The translations under genes were made by a program, and so were the position numbers. The notes beneath the pieces are model-generated. The model made no database searches. It worked only from the letters and a program-made list of their open reading frames with translations, and was not told the origin of the DNA. Source: an uncultured Bacilli bacterium (GTDB lineage Bacteria > Bacillota_I > Bacilli_A > RF39 > UBA660). From it: 64,000 nucleotides of DNA. The stretch spans positions 196,905-260,904 of the forward strand of contig CAKPBJ010000001.1 of NCBI GenBank assembly GCA_934140575.1, given 5' to 3'. Positions 59,354-64,000 of this stretch are shown here, piece by piece; positions within the stretch are counted from its first letter, which is position 1; every line of letters begins with the position of its first letter.

Positions 59354-59855
59354 TTTTTTCACTCCTTTCATTATTTTTATCTATATCAAAAGTTTTTATA
59401 TTACTTAATAAAAACTCTGATAATAAAATTACTACTAAAGTTATCATAAAAATTCTTACATTATCATTAATGAATTTAATATAATAACCTATGTATGGTA
59501 AGCTAAACTTAGTAACCTTACCTTTAATATTATTATACTTAACCTTATTTACATCAGCTGTATTATTAGCATCGCCTTTTGTTTCAATAAGATTGTTATC
59601 TATACTATTTACTCTATGAGAAATATATTTATTATCATATTCATAGGTAATAACATCCCCTACTTTTATATTTTTAAATGGAACTTTTTCATAATAAATA
59701 ATACTTCCTATCTTATATGTTGGTTCCATGGAACCTGATAATACTACAACTGGATTTTTGCCAAATAATATTGGTATACATACTATGGCATATAAAATTA
59801 TTAGTATGTAGGCAATGTTTGCAAAAAAATGAATTATTTTTTTTATTATTCCCAT
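59334..59855 (-). CDS. sipW: signal peptidase I, SipW type
   Basis: The catalytic-Ser box VVLSGSMEP and an N-terminal TM segment are present. The protein is 173 aa. Confidence 0.8.
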   Translation of the reverse strand: MGIIKKIIHFFANIAYILIILYAIVCIPILFGKNPVVVLSGSMEPTYKIGSIIYYEKVPFKNIKVGDVITYEYDNKYISHRVNSIDNNLIETKGDANNTADVNKVKYNNIKGKVTKFSLPYIGYYIKFINDNVRIFMITLVVILLSEFLLSNIKTFDIDKNNERSEKNAEHKE

Positions 59856-60442
59856 GTTACATTTCCTCCATTTATTGTCGCTTTTTTATTCCAAATTTCA
59901 CTTATAGCATTACTTGTTGCTTGTATTGCTTCAAAATTAAAATCTAGCTCATAATCATAACTCTTATATTCTTCGTAGTATGGAGATATAGAAATTAAAT
60001 TTTCATTTAAGTAAATTGACTCTAAAACTTGAACAGACTTTTTTGGTTCTAGTGTTTTTTTATAGTAATACCAACCATCTCCACCAGTTATAAAATCATT
60101 TGTAAATGCAGTTGTCCATTTTTTTGTAACTACGTTCATTCCATTTACATTATTATCAAGAGATAGTTTATTACCATTAATTTCTTTTCTCCATGATTCA
60201 TTATAATTGATTCTTAATACTACAGGTGTATTGGTGCTTTCTTTATTTACAAAGTTTACTTTTTTGGTACCCCAAGTATTATTAAATTCTTCTTCGATTT
60301 GAACATTATATGTCATCGTTTTAAACTCATTTGAAATGGATATTTCAGAATAGTAATAAGCAAATGTTCCAGCAATTATACCTATAAATGGAATTATAAG
60401 GAGAAAAACTAAGGGCTTTTTTTTGATTTTTTTTAAGTTCAT
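59846..60442 (-). CDS. second SipW-cognate matrix protein (BsaA/TasA-family paralogue)
   Basis: The signal region ...LLIIPFIGIIAGTFAYYYSE is present. The RBS GGAGA lies 9 nt before the ATG at 60442. Confidence 0.6.
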   Translation of the reverse strand: MNLKKIKKKPLVFLLIIPFIGIIAGTFAYYYSEISISNEFKTMTYNVQIEEEFNNTWGTKKVNFVNKESTNTPVVLRINYNESWRKEINGNKLSLDNNVNGMNVVTKKWTTAFTNDFITGGDGWYYYKKTLEPKKSVQVLESIYLNENLISISPYYEEYKSYDYELDFNFEAIQATSNAISEIWNKKATINGGNVTWE

Positions 60443-60443
60443 A

Positions 60444-62510
60444 TTAGACATCTCCTTGTACTATTTTATTGACTACTCTGCCAAAAGAATGTAAGAAGCC
60501 TCTTCTCATAAATTCATTTGTATAAGTTATTTCATAGTCCTTATCTTCTTTCACCACTAAGTTTGAGTCATCAGTAGTTATTGAACCAGTTACTGATTTA
60601 ATCTTATATTCTTGTGGGACTATTTCTTTTATTTTATAAGTACCTGGGTCTAGGTAAACTGTATCGCATTTGTCTTTTTCAAGTGTTATCCACGTTTCAT
60701 AGTTACTTGTAATACCTGTTATATGGAATTGAAATGTATTTTCATTATAATTAGTACTAACTTTTTTACATATTTTTAATTTAGACTGAATCTTAAAGCT
60801 TGTTGTTGCAATATAATCATCGTCTGCTAATTGATAATTATTATCAGATAGTGCACCTTTTATTTCGGATGCATTTGAAACTGTACCAGAATCTGTAGAG
60901 TTTACAGTGTACGTTGCATATAAATCAATTGATGAATTTGCAGATATTGATGCAATTTCAGCAATATGTTCACTAGTAATTGAATATCCTAAACCCGCCT
61001 CAAAGAATGTGTCATTTTTTTCTTTAACAACTACGTTTTTTATTGGAAATGAAGCAGTATTTTTTACTGTTATTTTAAATTTAACAACATCGCCAATTCT
61101 AAAATATGTTTTATTATTTGTTACATTTTTTATTATTGATGGTTTAAAACTACCAGCTTCTTTTTTCCATTCACCATATACAATAATATCGTTTGATGGC
61201 ATTTTAAAACTTGATTCTTTATTCCAACCAAGGAATTTATAACCACTTGGTACATTTTTAACATCACTTAAAACAACGGTGCTTCCAGCTTTATATTCTT
61301 GTGTTTCTGGAAGGTATTGTTCTGCATTAGGAGGGAGAATTCCACTATTAAATGCATAATTTACTTTATATGTAATTTCTTCAAATGAACCTGTCAAAAT
61401 AACATTTGTTGCTGGCATTATAAATTCTGTGTCACTATTACTATTAATGGTTATGTTTGAAGATGTCCATCCTTTAAATCTATAACCATTAAATACATCG
61501 CCTGGTTTTAAATTGTCTAAAGTTACAGTGTTTCCCTCATAGTAATTTTTTTCAAGTGGTACTTTATAACCATCTGGGATAGTGCCTGATATTATGTATG
61601 ACACTTTATACTGATTTGCTTTTTTCGTAAATCTTCCTTTAAAAGTAACGTCTTTTTCAGGCATAGTAAATAAATTATTTGAGACAGTAACATCCGATGT
61701 TGTCCAACCACTAAAAGTGTAACCTTCTACTTCAATATTTGATGCAACGCCAACTTTAGTATTTTTTGCATAACTTGTTGCAAGCGGTGGGGTTGGAGCT
61801 CCATCTGGTATTGTTCCTTCATATTTATAGTTTACACTGTAAAGAGATATTGTCTCACTTCCCATAAAAGCATGAACTGTATTAGATTTTACTGTTAAAT
61901 CTTTTTCTTTTGCAGTTGCGAAATTATAAAAATCTCTTCTTGTTTCTTTTATTGGTGTTGCTGGATCATCAATAGTTGGTGTTTTTGTCTTTATACCTAC
62001 TGTTAACTTACATCCTGCATTTATATTTTTTACTTTAAATGTAACTGTATTAGTTACTTTATTGTAATGTAGACCGTGGTAAGTATATTCTGTTTTAGAA
62101 CTATTCCATGTACCTGAGTCCACACTTGACTCATTAGTATCATCTACAACTTTTCCTGTACATAATACTGAGTCATCATTTCTTTTTACTGCACCAATTG
62201 ATCCATCTTTTGTTGTTACAAATCCTGTAAACTCTAGCCCTTCTGGTAGTTTGTCTTCTACACTTATTACACCACTACTAATTTTTGACATAGTAGTGTC
62301 TGATGATTTACTACCATTTCTATCTACTCCATCATAAGATACATTTAAATAGTAAATTAATTCAGAGTTTTCTTCTACTTCAACATCATTATCTAATAAT
62401 GCTGCAAAACTATTTCCAACTAAAATAGTTAATATAATGGTAATAATAGTAATAGCAAATATAATCCAAAATAAATTGAGTTTTTTCTTAATTTTAATTG
62501 CCTCTTCCAC
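60444..62510 (-). CDS. large cell-surface protein with Listeria-Bacteroides-type repeats
   Basis: An N-terminal TM/signal segment is present. Three units of the F.GW....F.MP...V.L.G.F type occur (GWTTSDVTVSNNLFTMPEKDVTFKGRF, GWTSSNITINSNSDTEFIMPATNVILTGSF, GWNKESSFKMPSNDIIVYGEW). The protein is 688 aa. Confidence 0.6.
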   Translation of the reverse strand: MEEAIKIKKKLNLFWIIFAITIITIILTILVGNSFAALLDNDVEVEENSELIYYLNVSYDGVDRNGSKSSDTTMSKISSGVISVEDKLPEGLEFTGFVTTKDGSIGAVKRNDDSVLCTGKVVDDTNESSVDSGTWNSSKTEYTYHGLHYNKVTNTVTFKVKNINAGCKLTVGIKTKTPTIDDPATPIKETRRDFYNFATAKEKDLTVKSNTVHAFMGSETISLYSVNYKYEGTIPDGAPTPPLATSYAKNTKVGVASNIEVEGYTFSGWTTSDVTVSNNLFTMPEKDVTFKGRFTKKANQYKVSYIISGTIPDGYKVPLEKNYYEGNTVTLDNLKPGDVFNGYRFKGWTSSNITINSNSDTEFIMPATNVILTGSFEEITYKVNYAFNSGILPPNAEQYLPETQEYKAGSTVVLSDVKNVPSGYKFLGWNKESSFKMPSNDIIVYGEWKKEAGSFKPSIIKNVTNNKTYFRIGDVVKFKITVKNTASFPIKNVVVKEKNDTFFEAGLGYSITSEHIAEIASISANSSIDLYATYTVNSTDSGTVSNASEIKGALSDNNYQLADDDYIATTSFKIQSKLKICKKVSTNYNENTFQFHITGITSNYETWITLEKDKCDTVYLDPGTYKIKEIVPQEYKIKSVTGSITTDDSNLVVKEDKDYEITYTNEFMRRGFLHSFGRVVNKIVQGDV

Positions 62511-62589
62511 AATTATCTCACTCCTTTTATATTTACATATATTTATGTATCTTATAAATTTCTTGTTAAGAAAATAGCAATTTATACTT

Positions 62590-64000
62590 TTAGTTTTCTT
62601 TTTTCATATCTATTATATATGGATTTTGCATACTTCCTTCTCCACTTATGTATTCTGTTCCAGGAAGTAGTGAAACGGATGGTCTTACGCCATATTCATC
62701 TGATATAGTTTCATAATCTCTATACGGATACACAATATTTCCACTTGGAAAGATAGCATTATCAGTAGAGAAAGCACTTGGTGTAATAAGCCAATAGCTT
62801 TGAATATTTGTACTTTTTAGTAATGCTCCTAACCCTGATAAAAAGTTCTCGGTCATTGATAGCAAACCAACCTTATATTTTAATCTTGCTTTTTCATTCT
62901 CTGTACTAAATTTGTCAGTTATGTTTTGACAATTAAAATTATCATACCACACACGGTAATATCCCGGAAATTTTAATTCTGATTTTATATCTCCACCATC
63001 TGGATTCCAACCACCTTTATCGTATATACTCCTGTTATTACAGAATACTGTATCTTCTAAGTAATTTGAATATTCTAAAATATTGTGTTCGAACCAGGCA
63101 TCTATTCCACTTTTAATTACCGAATTGTATGTATTTACATCATTTGCCGAAAGCATTTCGGTTAATGCATCTTCTATACTATTTCCATTGACTAAATCTA
63201 TATAATATTTTTGTCCATAACTTTCATAATAATTATATATATATGATAGTGTTGAGCACTCACCGGTTGTATTCCAACATGTATAGTGATAATTATTTAT
63301 TAATTTATTATCTTTATATAAATCTATATCATTTATTTTTTTTGTGTCTTTTAAAGTATATTTTCCATTTTTATATGTAAAGCTATTACCATAAATAAAA
63401 TTATCATTTATACTAATATAGTTTGAATTAAATTTAAAATTATATGGTACTGTATACCATAAGTCACTACAAGTATTATTTTTGGTATTCTTACATATAT
63501 ATTTTTCATTCATATTAACACACTCTTTATAATAATCTTTAAATTCAATTGTAGTGGGATTATTTATGGTGTATGTACCATCTCCATTATCAGTATAACT
63601 ATCTCCATATGTGTATGTATCTGTTACTGTTGTTTGACCTTTTGTTAATTTCTTGTAATAAATTGTTTTTTCTTTAACGCCTGCAATATAGAAAACACTT
63701 GATGATATATTAGTTTTATTATTATCTAGAAATGTATACTTGCCAACTAGTTTTGAATAATCTGTTGTTGATGATACTTGGTATGGATTATTTAAAGAAT
63801 AGGTGTCATTGGTTGAATTATATGTTACATTGTCTGCATACCAATAATTAACGCCATTCAGAATTTTATAGTCTAATACTTTATCGGTCTTGTATAATTT
63901 AGTTTTACTATAATAAGATGTATTATACATATATCCTAGAGAAGCAGGTGAATAATCATTATAATTAAATTGTAATGTTCCAAATTGGGAGTATGCAGAG
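62590..64000 (-). CDS. Tyr/Asn/Thr-rich secreted protein, 5'-truncated by the window end
   Basis: The frame stays open upstream of the listed Met (…SAYSQFGTLQFNYNDYSPASLGYMYNT…), so the gene continues beyond 64000. Confidence 0.5.
   Translation of the reverse strand, partial: SAYSQFGTLQFNYNDYSPASLGYMYNTSYYSKTKLYKTDKVLDYKILNGVNYWYADNVTYNSTNDTYSLNNPYQVSSTTDYSKLVGKYTFLDNNKTNISSSVFYIAGVKEKTIYYKKLTKGQTTVTDTYTYGDSYTDNGDGTYTINNPTTIEFKDYYKECVNMNEKYICKNTKNNTCSDLWYTVPYNFKFNSNYISINDNFIYGNSFTYKNGKYTLKDTKKINDIDLYKDNKLINNYHYTCWNTTGECSTLSYIYNYYESYGQKYYIDLVNGNSIEDALTEMLSANDVNTYNSVIKSGIDAWFEHNILEYSNYLEDTVFCNNRSIYDKGGWNPDGGDIKSELKFPGYYRVWYDNFNCQNITDKFSTENEKARLKYKVGLLSMTENFLSGLGALLKSTNIQSYWLITPSAFSTDNAIFPSGNIVYPYRDYETISDEYGVRPSVSLLPGTEYISGEGSMQNPYIIDMKKEN

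Noticed and set aside
1-64000. CRISPR arrays, rRNA genes, intact IS elements or prophage structural genes
   Set aside because: No direct-repeat/spacer architecture, rRNA-like conserved blocks, transposase with terminal inverted repeats, or capsid, terminase or integrase ORFs were seen anywhere in the window.

Overview
This window is a chromosomal segment of a very AT-rich (about 25-28% GC), spore-forming Firmicutes genome, probably Clostridium-like. The spore-forming assignment rests on the cotJ operon, a YjcZ-like small sporulation protein, and a sipW-bsaA/tasA-type matrix locus. The recognisable genes are mostly on the minus strand: ddl (partial), murF, an ABC-F ATPase, clpB, glmS preceded by its ribozyme, lspA, dnaE, rpmB and typA. 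RNA genes are tRNA-Gly(GCC) and tRNA-Cys(GCA) on the minus strand and tRNA-His(GUG) on the plus strand. Four features stand out beyond the routine annotation. (i) A three-gene plus-strand operon at 52018-57176 encodes a MoxR-like AAA+ ATPase, a vWA (MIDAS) protein carrying about six 117-nt Ser/Asp/Asn-rich tandem repeats, and an HExxH metallopeptidase-like protein. This is a candidate uncharacterised NTP-dependent sensor/effector (conflict) system. (ii) A roughly 590-nt ORF-free block (about 42% GC against 25% around it) lies between a consensus sigma-A promoter and a hairpin/U-run. It sits directly upstream of a 200-aa, 4-TM protein with a Lys-rich N-terminus, an arrangement reminiscent of OLE RNA with oapA, or alternatively a long riboswitch-type leader. 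(iii) A frameshifted MobV-family relaxase pseudogene lies beside the tRNA-Gly/Cys pair, consistent with a decayed integrated mobilisable element. (iv) A CIRCE (HrcA operator) sits in front of a ClpB that lacks its N-domain. No CRISPR array and no intact IS element was seen. All calls are from manual translation and motif reading; none has been checked by search.
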